Positions 50,293 to 60,564 are shown, counted from the whole stretch's first letter. The stretch: 62,008 nucleotides of DNA, filler included, from Sandaracinaceae bacterium (GCA_947483975.1; 4 parts of 4 records of this genome joined end to end with filler, not necessarily neighbours in it); one strand, 5' to 3'. Numbers and translations are program-made. The notes: generated from the sequence alone by a model not told the origin.

Positions 50293-51843
50293 ATGAGTAG
50301 CTTTGCCCTGAAGACCGCCCTCCCAGCGTATCTGCACGACGAGCAGCTGAAGATGGAGGCGTATGCGCGGGGCTTCGGCCTCGACTTCTTCCCGACCGTC
50401 TTCGAGGTGCTCTCCTACGATCAGATGAACGAGGTCGCGTCGTACGGCGGCTTCCCGGTGCGCTATCCGCACTGGCGCTTCGGCATGGAGTACGAGCAGC
50501 TCAGCAAGAGCTACGAATACGGCCTCTCGAAGATCTACGAGATGGTCATCAACAACACTCCTTCGATCGCCTATCTGCTCGAGGGCAATTCGATGGTCGA
50601 GCAGAAGCTCGTGATGGCGCACGTGCTCGCGCACGTGGACTTCTTCAAGAACAACTTCGCGTTCGCGGTGACGGATCAGGGCAAGAACCCCGAGACGGGC
50701 GCGCCGCTGCGCAAGTGGATCGACACGATGGCGAACGACGGCGCGGTGGTGCGCCGCTGGGCGAACCGCGTCGGCATCGAGAAGGTCGAGGAGTTCGTCG
50801 ATCAGTGTCTCTCGCTCGAGAACCTGATCGATCCGCACAAGCCCTTCTCGCCCGCGACGGCGACGCGCAAGGGGATGGTCGAGTTCGAGGGCGAGGACAA
50901 GACCCCGACACCGGAGACGCCGCGCCTGCGCGTCGACCACGACTACATGGAGGGCTTCATCAACCCGCCCGCGTTCATGGACGCGCAGCGCAAGAAGACC
51001 GCCGACGACCTCGAGAAGGCCAAGAAGTTCCCCGAGCGCCGCGACCGCGACGTGCTCGGCTTCTTGCTCGATCACGCGCCCCTCGAGGCGTGGGAGCGCG
51101 ACGTGCTCGCGGTGATCCGACGCGAGGCCTACTACTTCGCGCCGCAGATGCAGACGAAGATCATGAACGAGGGGTGGGCCACGTACTGGCACTCCAAGAT
51201 CATGACGGAGAAGGCCTGCGACGCGTCCGAGATCATCGACTACGCGGACCGCACCGCGGGAGTGCTCGCGACGGCCAAGGGGCAGATCAATCCGTACAAG
51301 CTCGGCGTGGAGCTCTATCGCTCGATCGAGGAGCGCTGGAACAAGGGGCAGTTCGGCAAGGAGTGGGAGGACTGCGACGACCTCGACGCCCGCCGCAACT
51401 GGGACCGTCGGCTCGGACAGGGGCGCAAGAAGCTCTTCGAGGCGCGCTCGCTCTATACCGACGTGACGTTCGTCGACGAGTTCCTGACTCCCGACTTCGT
51501 CGCGGAGCAGAAGATGTACACGTTCGGCTACAGCCAGCGGAACAACCGCTGGGAGATCGAGACGCGCAAGTTCCAAGAGGTGAAGCAGAAGCTCCTCGAG
51601 CGCCTGACGAACGGCGGCAATCCGTTCATCTACGTCGAGGACGCGAATCAGGGCAATCGCGGGGAGCTGCTGCTGACCCACGAGCACATGGGCTCGGATC
51701 TGCGCGTCGACTACGCGAAGGAAGTCCTACGCTCGCTCGTCCGCGTCTGGAAGCGCCCCGTCGAGGTGCAGACTGTCGTCGACGGAAAGAAAACGCTCCT
51801 GCGCTTTGACGGGCAGGAGCATCTTCAGCGAGCGTTGACGTAG
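50293..51843 (+). CDS. spoVR: SpoVR/YcgB family protein
   Basis: [63 protein letters not shown]. Confidence 0.93.
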   Translation: MSSFALKTALPAYLHDEQLKMEAYARGFGLDFFPTVFEVLSYDQMNEVASYGGFPVRYPHWRFGMEYEQLSKSYEYGLSKIYEMVINNTPSIAYLLEGNSMVEQKLVMAHVLAHVDFFKNNFAFAVTDQGKNPETGAPLRKWIDTMANDGAVVRRWANRVGIEKVEEFVDQCLSLENLIDPHKPFSPATATRKGMVEFEGEDKTPTPETPRLRVDHDYMEGFINPPAFMDAQRKKTADDLEKAKKFPERRDRDVLGFLLDHAPLEAWERDVLAVIRREAYYFAPQMQTKIMNEGWATYWHSKIMTEKACDASEIIDYADRTAGVLATAKGQINPYKLGVELYRSIEERWNKGQFGKEWEDCDDLDARRNWDRRLGQGRKKLFEARSLYTDVTFVDEFLTPDFVAEQKMYTFGYSQRNNRWEIETRKFQEVKQKLLERLTNGGNPFIYVEDANQGNRGELLLTHEHMGSDLRVDYAKEVLRSLVRVWKRPVEVQTVVDGKKTLLRFDGQEHLQRALT

Positions 51844-51876
51844 CGCGGCGGGGCAGTGCCCAGCGGGGCGAGGCGT

Positions 51877-52500
51877 TCAGCCGGGGACCGGCAGGCCCTC
51901 GCAGAGCACGATCCGGAAGTGAGCCGCCGTCGTGCCAGCGCCCGGCGTGTGCACGTCGCGGACGACGGTCATCACGCCACTCTGCTGCACGCCGATCGAG
52001 AGGTCGCTCTGCCCGCCGCAGAGGATGTCGCCCTCGATCTGCGGATTGCCGACGTCATCCGAGGTCTTGGCGATGCCGGTGACCTGACAGGGCGCGGCGA
52101 GCGAGGGAGTGTTCGCGCTCGCGATGCCGCTGTAGGTGTTGCTGCCCTCGGTGATCGTCACGCGCCCGGAGGTGCCGACGGGCGTGCCCGTCGCCGCGTC
52201 GTAGACGAGCCCCGTCAAGCTGATGCCGAAGCGGGTGCGCACGTCGATCGGGTCGAGCGCGCTCAGCCGGAAGGTGAGCGTCGAGCCCGCCGCGCCGCTG
52301 CCTGAGGTGCAGCTGACGACCGCGCCGTTCTCCGCGTTGAAGGCGTTGATGTCGCGGTCCTTCGAGAGACAGCCGGAGCGGGACGCGCAGCCGAGCGTGT
52401 AGCGGACGTCCGCGAGCGGCTCGATGGGATCCGTCCCACCGCAGCTGGCCGTTCCGACGAGTGAGAGCAGAGCGAGCGAAGCGAGCGAGAGGCGGCGCAT
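51877..52500 (-). CDS. hypothetical lipoprotein
   Basis: GGAG RBS; MRRLSLASLALLSLVGTASC lipobox; beta-rich with 6 further Cys. Confidence 0.7.
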   Translation of the reverse strand: MRRLSLASLALLSLVGTASCGGTDPIEPLADVRYTLGCASRSGCLSKDRDINAFNAENGAVVSCTSGSGAAGSTLTFRLSALDPIDVRTRFGISLTGLVYDAATGTPVGTSGRVTITEGSNTYSGIASANTPSLAAPCQVTGIAKTSDDVGNPQIEGDILCGGQSDLSIGVQQSGVMTVVRDVHTPGAGTTAAHFRIVLCEGLPVPG

Positions 52501-52576
52501 GGGGTAGTTCTCCAGGAAGCTCCAGGAAGTACAGGCAGCCGGGGTCAGGCTAACGCCCGCGCCCCGGCGAGGCAAA

Positions 52577-53761
52577 TCACTGCGCCTTGGCAGCGGCGAG
52601 CCCGCGCTCGAGATCGTCCCGCAGATCTTCGAAGGCCTCGAGGCCGACGGAGATGCGGATGAGGCCATCGGAGATGCCGAGCTTGGCGCGCGTCTCTGCC
52701 GGGACCGAGCCGTGCGTCATCACCGCGGGGAGCTCGATCAGCGACTCGACGCCGCCGAGGCTCTCTGCGCAGACGAACACCGAGACCATGCGCAGGAGCG
52801 CGCGCGAGGCGGCCGCGCCGCCGCGGACGACGAAGGAGATCATGCCGCCGGGGCCGCGCATCTGCGTGCGCGCGAGCGCGTGCTGCGGGTGCGAGGCGAG
52901 CCCGGGGTAGTAGACGCGCTCGACCTGCGGGTGCTGCTCGAGCCAAGCCGCGAGGCGCTCGGCGCTCTTGCAGTGCCGCTCCATGCGGACGGGCAGCGTC
53001 TTGACGCCGCGCAGCACGAGGAAGCAGTCGAACGGCGAGGGCACGCCGCCCATCGCGTTCTGCAAGAAGCGCAGGCGCTCGGCGAGGGCCTCGTCGCTCG
53101 TCAGGATCACGCCGCCGACGACGTCGCTGTGCCCGTTGAGGTACTTGGTCGTCGAGTGCAGCACGAGGTCCGCGCCGAGCTCGAGCGGGCGCTGCAGCAT
53201 CGGCGTCGCGAAGGTGTTGTCGACGCCGACCTTCACGCCGCGCGCGTGCGCGACGTCGGAGATCGCGCGGATGTCGACGAGCTTGAGCATCGGGTTCGTC
53301 GGCGTCTCGAGCCAGACGAGCTTCGTCTCGGGGCGGATCGCCTCGGCGACGTTCGCGGGGTCGGTCATGTCGACCCAGCTCGTCGTGATGCCGAGCGGCG
53401 CCATCACCTTGTCGAGGATGCGGAAGGTGCCGCCGTAGACGTCGTCGCACGCGACCACGTGATCGCCCGAGCGGAGCGTGTGAAAGAGCGTCGTCATCGC
53501 CGCGCAGCCCGACGCGAACGCGAGCCCGTGCGTCGCGCCCTCGAGCGCCGCGAGGCACGCCTCGAGCGTCTGCCGCGTCGGGTTGCCGGTGCGCGCGTAC
53601 TCGAAGCCCTTGTGCACGCCCGGGCCGTCCTGCGCGAAGGTGCTGGCGAGCACGATGGGCGGCATCACGGCGCCGGAGGTCGGGTCGGGCTTCTGACCGG
53701 CGTGGATCGCGAGCGTGTCGAGGTGCCAGTGCGGTGCGAGATCGGGCGAGTCTTTGGACAT
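52577..53761 (-). CDS. cystathionine gamma-lyase/gamma-synthase (Cys/Met PLP-dependent family)
   Basis: TLAIHAGQ.PDP.SGAV.PPI, EYARTGNPTR, FASG.AA, DDVYGGT, WLETPTNP, VDNTFATP, HSTTKYLNGHSD (PLP Lys), ESLGGVESL, RISVGLE. Confidence 0.93.
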   Translation of the reverse strand: MSKDSPDLAPHWHLDTLAIHAGQKPDPTSGAVMPPIVLASTFAQDGPGVHKGFEYARTGNPTRQTLEACLAALEGATHGLAFASGCAAMTTLFHTLRSGDHVVACDDVYGGTFRILDKVMAPLGITTSWVDMTDPANVAEAIRPETKLVWLETPTNPMLKLVDIRAISDVAHARGVKVGVDNTFATPMLQRPLELGADLVLHSTTKYLNGHSDVVGGVILTSDEALAERLRFLQNAMGGVPSPFDCFLVLRGVKTLPVRMERHCKSAERLAAWLEQHPQVERVYYPGLASHPQHALARTQMRGPGGMISFVVRGGAAASRALLRMVSVFVCAESLGGVESLIELPAVMTHGSVPAETRAKLGISDGLIRISVGLEAFEDLRDDLERGLAAAKAQ

Positions 53762-53875
53762 AGGGAGGCCGAGCGTGGCGCGCGACGCGGGCGCGGGCAA
53801 ATGGGGCCGCGGGCGCGCCGCAGATCGTGCGCGGCGTGTCGGATCGACCGTGCGCGCGGGGGATCTTCGTTCACA

Positions 53876-53885
53876 TTGCGCGCAA
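53876..53885. promoter_or_regulatory. perfect palindrome, candidate MarR operator
   Basis: TTGCGCGCAA, 6 nt before the MarR ATG, in the divergent intergenic region. Confidence 0.3.
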
Positions 53886-53891
53886 CCGACG

Positions 53892-54386
53892 ATGCCTACC
53901 TCGAAGCGCAAGCCCCCGACCGAACCCGCGCACACGGAGGACAAGTCGCTCGGCAAGACGCTGCTCTTCATGCAGCAGCTCTGGGAGCTCACGCACTCGC
54001 TGCACGCGATGTCGAAGCGCATGGACGACGTTCACGGCGTGACGGGTCCGCAGCGCCTCGCGCTCCGCATCATCGGGCGCTCGCCGGGCATCTCCGCGGG
54101 GGCGCTCGCCGAGACGCTCCGCCTGCACCCGAGCACGCTCACGGGCATCGTGCGGCGCCTCTGCGAGCGCGCGCTCGTCGACCGCGTCCCTGATCCGGCG
54201 GACGCGCGCCGCGCGCTGCTCGAGCTCCTGCCCGCCGGGCGAAAGCTCAACGAGCAGCGCACGCACACCGTCGAAGCCGCCGTGCGCCGCGCGATGCAGC
54301 GCGTGACCCCCGCGCAGCTGAGCGGCGCGGCGGCGGTGATCACGGTGCTGATCAGCGAGCTGGAGCGCGAGAACCAAGCGAGCTGA
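53892..54386 (+). CDS. MarR family transcriptional regulator
   Basis: GVTGPQ..ALR.I…PG.S…LA..L.LH.STLTGIV.RL….LV.R..DP.D.RR..L.L…G. Confidence 0.92.
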   Translation: MPTSKRKPPTEPAHTEDKSLGKTLLFMQQLWELTHSLHAMSKRMDDVHGVTGPQRLALRIIGRSPGISAGALAETLRLHPSTLTGIVRRLCERALVDRVPDPADARRALLELLPAGRKLNEQRTHTVEAAVRRAMQRVTPAQLSGAAAVITVLISELERENQAS

Positions 54387-54432
54387 GCGCCCCGCATCGC
54401 TCGCACCGCTGGACAGGCGCGCTGCGAGTCGC

Positions 54433-55704
54433 TCAGGCGCGCACGCCGTAGAGGCGGTACTTGCGATCGAGCTTGCCGCCCATCGCCTTGATCGGGCTGT
54501 TGATCAGCTCGTTGTCCTCGAGCGTCCAGCCGATCTCGCCGCCGCTGAGGCCGACCTCTTTGCCACGGAGCGCCGTCTCGACGCAGAGCAGCGCCTCGAC
54601 GCCGCGCTTGCGGTAGGCGGGCACGACGCCGAGCGTGAAGAGGCGCCCGGTCTTCACGGACTTCATCCCCGTCGCGAGCTTCCACCAGCCGAACGGCAGC
54701 AGGCGGCCGTTCTTCGGCATCAGCGCGTTGACGTCGGGCAGCGTCACCGAGAAGCCCGCCGGCTTGCCGTCGCGGTCCTCGACGATCAGCACGAGGCTCG
54801 GGTTGATGATCTGCTTGAGGTCCTTCGCGATCATCTTGAACTCGGCCTCGTTGACCGGGACGAAGCCCCAGTTGCGCTGCCAAGCCTGGTTGTAGATCGT
54901 GAAGATCGTGCCGACCTCCTTCTCGAACTCCTTCATGTTCGCGCCGCGGATCGTGAGGCCCGAGCGCTTCTTCACCTTCTCGGCGATGTTGTAGAAGCGC
55001 TTGATGTTCGGGTCGTCGAGGCCCTTGGTGACGTCGATCCACCAAGCGTAGAGATCCTTCGCCTTCGCGAGGCCGTACGACTCGAGGAGGCGCCCGTAAT
55101 ACGCGGGGTTGTAGGTCATCTCGATCACGGGAGGACGATCGAAGTTCTCGACGAGCAGCCCACACTGGTGGTTCGTCGTGAAGTTCATCGGGCCGATGAT
55201 CTCGCCCGCGCCGCGCGACTTCACCCAGCGGAGCGCCTCGTCGAGGAGCGCGTGCGCGACCTGAGTGTCGTCGATGCACTCGAAGAAGCCGAACCAGCCG
55301 GCCTTCGTGTGGTGGTAGTCGTCGTACGCGCGATCGATGTGCCCGGTGATGCGCCCGACGCAGCGCCCCTCGCGATACGCGAGCACGGCGTGCACCTCGA
55401 GCTGCGAGAGCGAGACGTTCTTCCCCGTGTCGAGGAAGTGCATCTGCTGCATCCGGAGCGGCGCGATGAAGTGCGGATCGCCCGCATAGAGCGGGTGGAT
55501 CATGTCGATGAAGCGCACTCGATCGCTCTTCTTCGCGAGGTCGATCACCTCGAGCGTCACCGCCCCGGGAGAGCGCGAGCGCGTCGCCGGACCAGGCTCC
55601 CAGGCGGGCAGCTCCGTCGGCGGCTTGCCGAACGGGTGCTCCTCCGTGGGCTTCTCGACCGGATCGGCGGGCTGGCTCGGAGCGTTCGTCTCGGGGGTCG
55701 CCAT
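54433..55704 (-). CDS. GNAT-family N-acetyltransferase (YghO-like)
   Basis: LY..DP.F..PL, GRI, GWFGFFEC.DD, GPMNF.TN…GLLV..F, YNP.YY, N.AW..NWGFVP, LGV.P.YR.RG, WTLE.N. Confidence 0.85.
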   Translation of the reverse strand: MATPETNAPSQPADPVEKPTEEHPFGKPPTELPAWEPGPATRSRSPGAVTLEVIDLAKKSDRVRFIDMIHPLYAGDPHFIAPLRMQQMHFLDTGKNVSLSQLEVHAVLAYREGRCVGRITGHIDRAYDDYHHTKAGWFGFFECIDDTQVAHALLDEALRWVKSRGAGEIIGPMNFTTNHQCGLLVENFDRPPVIEMTYNPAYYGRLLESYGLAKAKDLYAWWIDVTKGLDDPNIKRFYNIAEKVKKRSGLTIRGANMKEFEKEVGTIFTIYNQAWQRNWGFVPVNEAEFKMIAKDLKQIINPSLVLIVEDRDGKPAGFSVTLPDVNALMPKNGRLLPFGWWKLATGMKSVKTGRLFTLGVVPAYRKRGVEALLCVETALRGKEVGLSGGEIGWTLEDNELINSPIKAMGGKLDRKYRLYGVRA

Positions 55705-55799
55705 AGGGCGGCGAGCATCCGACCGAACCCGCGCGGAGGCAAGCGCGTACGCGCGCGGCGCGGAGCTGGTCCGGCGATTCGCGCCCGGCGGGCTCCGCC

Positions 55800-57530
55800 T
55801 CAGCGGTCGGTTTCCAGCTCGACGAAGAGGTCGCCGAGCTCCCCGCGCGGGCGCAGCGGCGCCGCGAGCTGACCGCCGAGCGCCATCAGCTCCTGATCGA
55901 GCTTCTCGATCTGCTTGCCGTTCTCGATCAGGTTGACCTCGAGCTCGGCGTGGTCGGCCTCGAATTGCTGCTCGACGCGCTGACGCTGCGCGCGGAGCGC
56001 GTCGAACTGGAAGCCGAGATCCGTGACCTCGCGCTCCTTCGACGCCAGCCAGAGCTGCGCCTTCTCCGCCGCGCCGCGCGAGAGCAGCCAGCGGTCCATC
56101 GTCTCGGCGGTGTCGCGGAGCGTCTGCACGACCTCGGCGCTCGGCACCGACACGCCGAGGTGCCAGCCCGGCTCGATCAGGCGCTTGTGCGTCTGCACGT
56201 ACGCCTCTTGCGCGACGCGATCGGTGTCGAAGTACGGCTGCACCTCGAGGCGCGCGGCTCGCGACGCCTCGCGCGCGGACGAGAGATCGACGCCGAGAGT
56301 GTCGACCGCGTGACCGAGCCGCGTGCGCGCCTCCCGCGCGTTCGACTCGACGGCGTCGAGCTTGCGCTGCTCCTTCAAGCCGAGCGAGCGCAGCTCGTTG
56401 ATGCGCACGATGACGGTCTTCAGCTGCGCGAGCGCCTGCACGAGCTCCGGCGGCGGCACGCTGTTCGGGTAGGCGCGGCGGAGCATCTGCTCGAACACCG
56501 CGGCGCGGCGCGCCCAGCGCTCGAGCGTCGTCGGCGGCAGCGTCGGCGCGACGTTGCGCGGCGCTGCGACGGCGGGCGCCGGACCGAGCGCGTGGCTCGC
56601 GACGTCCGCGGGCACGAGCGGGAGCAGCTCCTTGATCACCTGATGCGCGTCGACGGGGCGGTCCTCGGGCTTCTTCGCGAGGAGCTTCATCACGAGCTCT
56701 TCGAGGCGCCGCGGCACGTCCGGAGCGAGCGAGGAGACCTTGGGCGGCACCTCCTGCATGTGCTTGATCAGGATGCCCGGCAGCGTGTCCGCGTGAAACG
56801 GCAGCTGCCCCGTCAGCATCTCGAAGAAGATGATCCCGACCGCGTAGAGGTCCGCGAGGGGCCCGGCGTCGATCGACATCACGCGCTCGGGCGCCATGTA
56901 CTGCGGCGTCCCGAAGATCTCGCCGGCGCTCGTCAGGCGGCTGTCGTGCAGCGAGCGCGCGATGCCGAAGTCGAGCAGCTTCACGACCGTGCGACCGTCG
57001 CGCCCGCGGTGCAGGAAGATGTTGTCGGGCTTCAGGTCGCGGTGAACGACCTGAAAATCGTGGGCGCGCGCGAGCCCGCGAGCGATCTGCAGCCCGAGCT
57101 CGGCGACCTTCGCCGCGGGCATCGCGCCGTGCTGCTCGATCACGGTGCCGAGGGACGCGCCGTCGAGCAGCTCCATCACCATGAAGGCGGTGCCGTCGTC
57201 GGTCTCGCCGGTGTCGAGGATCTCGATGATGTTCGGGTGCGCGAGGGACGCGGAGTTCTTCGCCTCGCGGCGGAAGCGCTCGCGGAGGGAGGCGTCCTTG
57301 GTCAGGTGCTTCGCCATCACCTTGATCGCGACGGGCCGGTCGACGAGCGTGTGCCGCGCGCGGTAGACCGTCGCCATGCCGCCCTCGCCGATCGCGGACT
57401 CGATCAGGTAGCGGCCGGCGAGCGTGGTGCCGATCCGCTCGTCCGGCATCGGCTCGAGCGCCGCTCCGTCGACGAAGCAGCGGGCGTTGTCGTCCGGGTA
57501 CTTGAGCTGGCAGCGAGGGCAGATCCGCAT
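55800..57530 (-). CDS. cytoplasmic Ser/Thr protein kinase with N-terminal Zn-ribbon-like motif and C-terminal coiled coil
   Basis: CPRC…CFVDG; IGEGGMATVY, VAIK, HRDLKPDN, DFG, GTPQYMAPE, DLYAVG; no TM; heptad-rich tail. Confidence 0.93.
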   Translation of the reverse strand: MRICPRCQLKYPDDNARCFVDGAALEPMPDERIGTTLAGRYLIESAIGEGGMATVYRARHTLVDRPVAIKVMAKHLTKDASLRERFRREAKNSASLAHPNIIEILDTGETDDGTAFMVMELLDGASLGTVIEQHGAMPAAKVAELGLQIARGLARAHDFQVVHRDLKPDNIFLHRGRDGRTVVKLLDFGIARSLHDSRLTSAGEIFGTPQYMAPERVMSIDAGPLADLYAVGIIFFEMLTGQLPFHADTLPGILIKHMQEVPPKVSSLAPDVPRRLEELVMKLLAKKPEDRPVDAHQVIKELLPLVPADVASHALGPAPAVAAPRNVAPTLPPTTLERWARRAAVFEQMLRRAYPNSVPPPELVQALAQLKTVIVRINELRSLGLKEQRKLDAVESNAREARTRLGHAVDTLGVDLSSAREASRAARLEVQPYFDTDRVAQEAYVQTHKRLIEPGWHLGVSVPSAEVVQTLRDTAETMDRWLLSRGAAEKAQLWLASKEREVTDLGFQFDALRAQRQRVEQQFEADHAELEVNLIENGKQIEKLDQELMALGGQLAAPLRPRGELGDLFVELETDR

Positions 57531-57587
57531 CGGCGGTTTCCCGGAGAGTGAAGAGCTTCGAAGGGTATCAGGCGAAACGCCGCGAGC

Positions 57588-58424
57588 CTACCGCCCGGTG
57601 AGCTGGCGTACGACGACGCTCGCGCAGGCGAGCCCGAACGCGCCCGTCACGAACGCCGTACTCCCCTCGATGCGCGAGCGCTTGTCGCAGGAGTGCAGGC
57701 CGTTCGAGCCGTTCGGACAGACGCAGACGAAGCCCGCCGCCGAGTCGTACGAGAGCGCGTCGGGCGCGATCGGGAGCTCGTTGCTGTAGACCGCCGTCAC
57801 GCCCGTCAGCGCGCCCTTGCGCGCGTCGATCGCGTGCTTCTCGCGCAGCAGCTTGCGCACCGAGCGCGCGAACGGGTCGTACTCGGTGTCGGCGAGGTCT
57901 GCGGTGCGCACCTGCGTCGGATCGAGGCGCGCCGCCGCGCCCATCGACGACACGATCGGGATGCCGCGCGCGAGGCAGGTCGCGATCAGGTGCGCCTTGG
58001 CCGCGAGGTTGTCGATCGCGTCGACGACGAAGTCGACCTGCCCGCCGAGCAGCTCCTCGCTCGTGTCGGGCCCGTAGAATTTCGCGATGGGCTCGAGCAC
58101 CGCGACCGGGTTCACGAGGCGCAGGCGCTCGGCCATCACCTCGACCTTGTGCAGCCCGATCGTGCCCTTGAGCGTGTGCAGCTGGCGGTTCGCGTTGGTC
58201 ACGCAGATGTGATCGAAGTCGATCAGCCCGAGCGTGCCGACGCCGGTGCGCATCAGCGCCTCGGACGCGAACGAGCCGACGCCGCCGACGCCGAAGACGA
58301 GCACGCGCGCGCGGTGCAGCGAGCGCAGCCCCGCCTCGCCGACGAGGCGCGCCGCGCGGTCGAAGCGGCGGTGCGTGCGCTCGACGGGCTCGATTTGACC
58401 GATCACGGGGAGAGTCGAAGCCAT
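57588..58424 (-). CDS. tcdA: tRNA threonylcarbamoyladenosine dehydratase (ThiF family)
   Basis: FGVGGVGSFA.EAL.R.GVG, DFD.IC.TN.NRQL, VVDAID…AK..LI, SSMGAA..LDPT, DP.A..VRK.LR, VYS.E, FV…FG. Confidence 0.9.
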   Translation of the reverse strand: MASTLPVIGQIEPVERTHRRFDRAARLVGEAGLRSLHRARVLVFGVGGVGSFASEALMRTGVGTLGLIDFDHICVTNANRQLHTLKGTIGLHKVEVMAERLRLVNPVAVLEPIAKFYGPDTSEELLGGQVDFVVDAIDNLAAKAHLIATCLARGIPIVSSMGAAARLDPTQVRTADLADTEYDPFARSVRKLLREKHAIDARKGALTGVTAVYSNELPIAPDALSYDSAAGFVCVCPNGSNGLHSCDKRSRIEGSTAFVTGAFGLACASVVVRQLTGR

Positions 58425-58535
58425 GGGGCGCGCAACATAGCAGACGCCCTTTTGCAGAGGCCGCGTCGGCCCCGGCGAGCGCTTTTCAGCGGGCGACGCT
58501 CGCCTTTTGTGCGGATCCCGTTTACGAATCCCGCC

Positions 58536-59096
58536 ATGCGCCTCTGCACCTCGAGCACCCTGTTCGCGTCTCCCGTCGTCCTGCTCGGCCTCGCGCTCCT
58601 CGGCGGGTGCGGCGGGGGCCAGTACGGCTTCTCGCAGACCTACACGACGCTCTCCGACGAGGACGACTTCGCGGAAGGGGCGCAGGAGGCCGGCTACGAG
58701 GACGTGAAGCGCGATCCCGCGGGCTTTCGCTCGCAGAACCTCGGCTGGTTCGGCGTCGTGACGTCGGTCGAGAGCGCCCCCGGCGGCGCCTCGCTCGTGC
58801 ACCTGACGCACCGGGTCCATCAGGAGCGGCACCTCTGCGCGGACGAGACGAGCGACTCGTGTCGAGTGACGGTCGCCGAGCGCACGGGCGGACCTTGGTC
58901 GGCGGTGCTGACGATCCGCGAGGAGGACCGCGAGGGGCGCGACAAGCTCGCCGCGGGCTCGCTGCTGAAGGTCTATGGCTCGCCGACGGGCGACTTCGAC
59001 GCGGACGGCGGGCCGGTGCTCGCGGCGCGCTACTATCGTCACTGGCCGCGCGGTGCGTATGTGACGACCGCAGACCGCAATCGAATGCGGCGCTGA
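58536..59096 (+). CDS. lipoprotein, possibly Slp-like OB fold
   Basis: Lipobox LGGC; YEDV.RDP..F….WFGVV..V; G.LL.VYG; P.L.A…RHWP. Confidence 0.6.
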   Translation: MRLCTSSTLFASPVVLLGLALLGGCGGGQYGFSQTYTTLSDEDDFAEGAQEAGYEDVKRDPAGFRSQNLGWFGVVTSVESAPGGASLVHLTHRVHQERHLCADETSDSCRVTVAERTGGPWSAVLTIREEDREGRDKLAAGSLLKVYGSPTGDFDADGGPVLAARYYRHWPRGAYVTTADRNRMRR

Positions 59097-59150
59097 GTTG
59101 CCTCGTCCAAGCGCGCGGTCACAGAACGAACGCCGCAAAGGGGATCTTCC

Positions 59151-59564
59151 ATGCTGAATTTCAGTGCAGGTCGCGCGCTCATTGCCATCGGCGCGCTCAT
59201 GTTCGCTTCGCTCGGCTCGGCGTGCGTCGTCGACGTCACCGTCCCCACCTACGACGAGTGCGTCGACTCGACAGATTGCGGCAGCGCGGACGTCTGCGTC
59301 CGCGTGATCACCACGGACTCGCTCGGGCACACGCGCGACGGCAAGCAGTGCTCGCGCTTCTGCGACATCGACGCGAACTGCCCGTCGATGAACGGCTACA
59401 CGGGCGCCTGCTACATGATCTCGACCGACCCGGACTTCTCGAACTTCACCTGCTTCGCGCGCTGCGACCTCGCGTACGGCGACAGGGACTGCGACCTCAA
59501 CCAGAACTGCGTCGGCACGACGGGCTCCGCGGGCCCCGACGCGATCTGCCTGCCGGCGTTCTGA
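59151..59564 (+). CDS. small Cys-rich lipoprotein
   Basis: Lipobox GSAC; 12 further Cys in about 110 aa. Confidence 0.75.
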   Translation: MLNFSAGRALIAIGALMFASLGSACVVDVTVPTYDECVDSTDCGSADVCVRVITTDSLGHTRDGKQCSRFCDIDANCPSMNGYTGACYMISTDPDFSNFTCFARCDLAYGDRDCDLNQNCVGTTGSAGPDAICLPAF

Positions 59565-59576
59565 GCGCGCTGAGCG

Positions 59577-60500
59577 TCAGCCGAACGCCGCCGCGAGCGC
59601 CTCGACGGCGCTCCGGCGGAACTCGGGCACGAACAGATACGGCAGTTCGACGCGGGGCACGGGGAGCTCCGCGGCGAGGCGCGCGAGGCTGACGGCTTGC
59701 ACAGCCTCGCGCAGCACGCGCGCGCGCGATGACGCGGCGAGCGAGGTCAGCTCCGAGCCGGCGGGCAGCGCCGCGGGGAGCGCCTCGTAGACCTCGCGAT
59801 CCGCGGCGGGAAAGAGCCGCGGGAACACGCCGTTGATGACGACCTGCGCGACCGGGAGCTTCATGTCGCGGGTGATCGCGGCGTGTAGCTCGATCGTCTC
59901 GTTGGTCGGCATATCCTCGGGGAGCGTCACGAGCACGAGCGCGGCGTGCACCTCGTCACCGAAGAGCGTCCACGCCTTCTCGGCCTCGCGGCGCAAGAGG
60001 CCGGGGGGCGCGACGTCCATGATCACCTTCGGCACGCGCAGCATATCGAGGCCATGCCCCGTCGCCGGCGCGTCGAGGATGACGAGGTCGTACTGCGGGC
60101 GGCCGTCGTCGCGCGCCGAGGTCGCGTGATAGTAGGCCTTGCCGAGCATCGACCAGGCCTCGAGCCCGGGCACGCCGCGCAGGAACGACGAGACGATGCG
60201 GTTCTCGAAGATCGCCTTGTAGAGCGTGCGGACCTTGAGCACGAGCATCCCGTACTCCTCGAGGGCGGAGGCGGGCGTCATGTTCACCGCGTCGATGCGG
60301 GGCAGCACGTTGACGACGCGCTCGCCGATCGCGGGCACCTCGAGCATGTGCGAAAGGCGCTCGTTGGCGTTGCACATGGCGACCAGGACGCGCTTGCCGC
60401 GCTTGGCCGCGGCGAGCGCGAGCGCCGCGCTGACGCTGGTCTTGCCGACGCCGCCCTTGCCGATGACGACGATGAAGCGACGATCGAGGAGGTCGGACAT
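59577..60500 (-). CDS. ArsA/GET3-like (anion-transporting family) ATPase
   Basis: GKGGVGKT, VPGL, DLVILDAPATGH, LVTLPE.MP.NET.EL, VVIN. Confidence 0.88.
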   Translation of the reverse strand: MSDLLDRRFIVVIGKGGVGKTSVSAALALAAAKRGKRVLVAMCNANERLSHMLEVPAIGERVVNVLPRIDAVNMTPASALEEYGMLVLKVRTLYKAIFENRIVSSFLRGVPGLEAWSMLGKAYYHATSARDDGRPQYDLVILDAPATGHGLDMLRVPKVIMDVAPPGLLRREAEKAWTLFGDEVHAALVLVTLPEDMPTNETIELHAAITRDMKLPVAQVVINGVFPRLFPAADREVYEALPAALPAGSELTSLAASSRARVLREAVQAVSLARLAAELPVPRVELPYLFVPEFRRSAVEALAAAFG

Positions 60501-60564
60501 CCGTGCGGGCGCGAAGGTAGCACCGTTCCCGGCGCGGTCGGCACCAGAACCGCGGAGCGCCGGC

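Noticed and set aside
52510..52529. 10-bp direct repeat CTCCAGGAAG x2 upstream of a lipoprotein gene
   Set aside because: Only two short copies, overlapping the RBS; no support for a separate function.
59097..59150. CGCAAAG in the leader, reminiscent of a c-di-GMP-I riboswitch
   Set aside because: The region is too short and lacks the GGCAAAC/P2 stem context.
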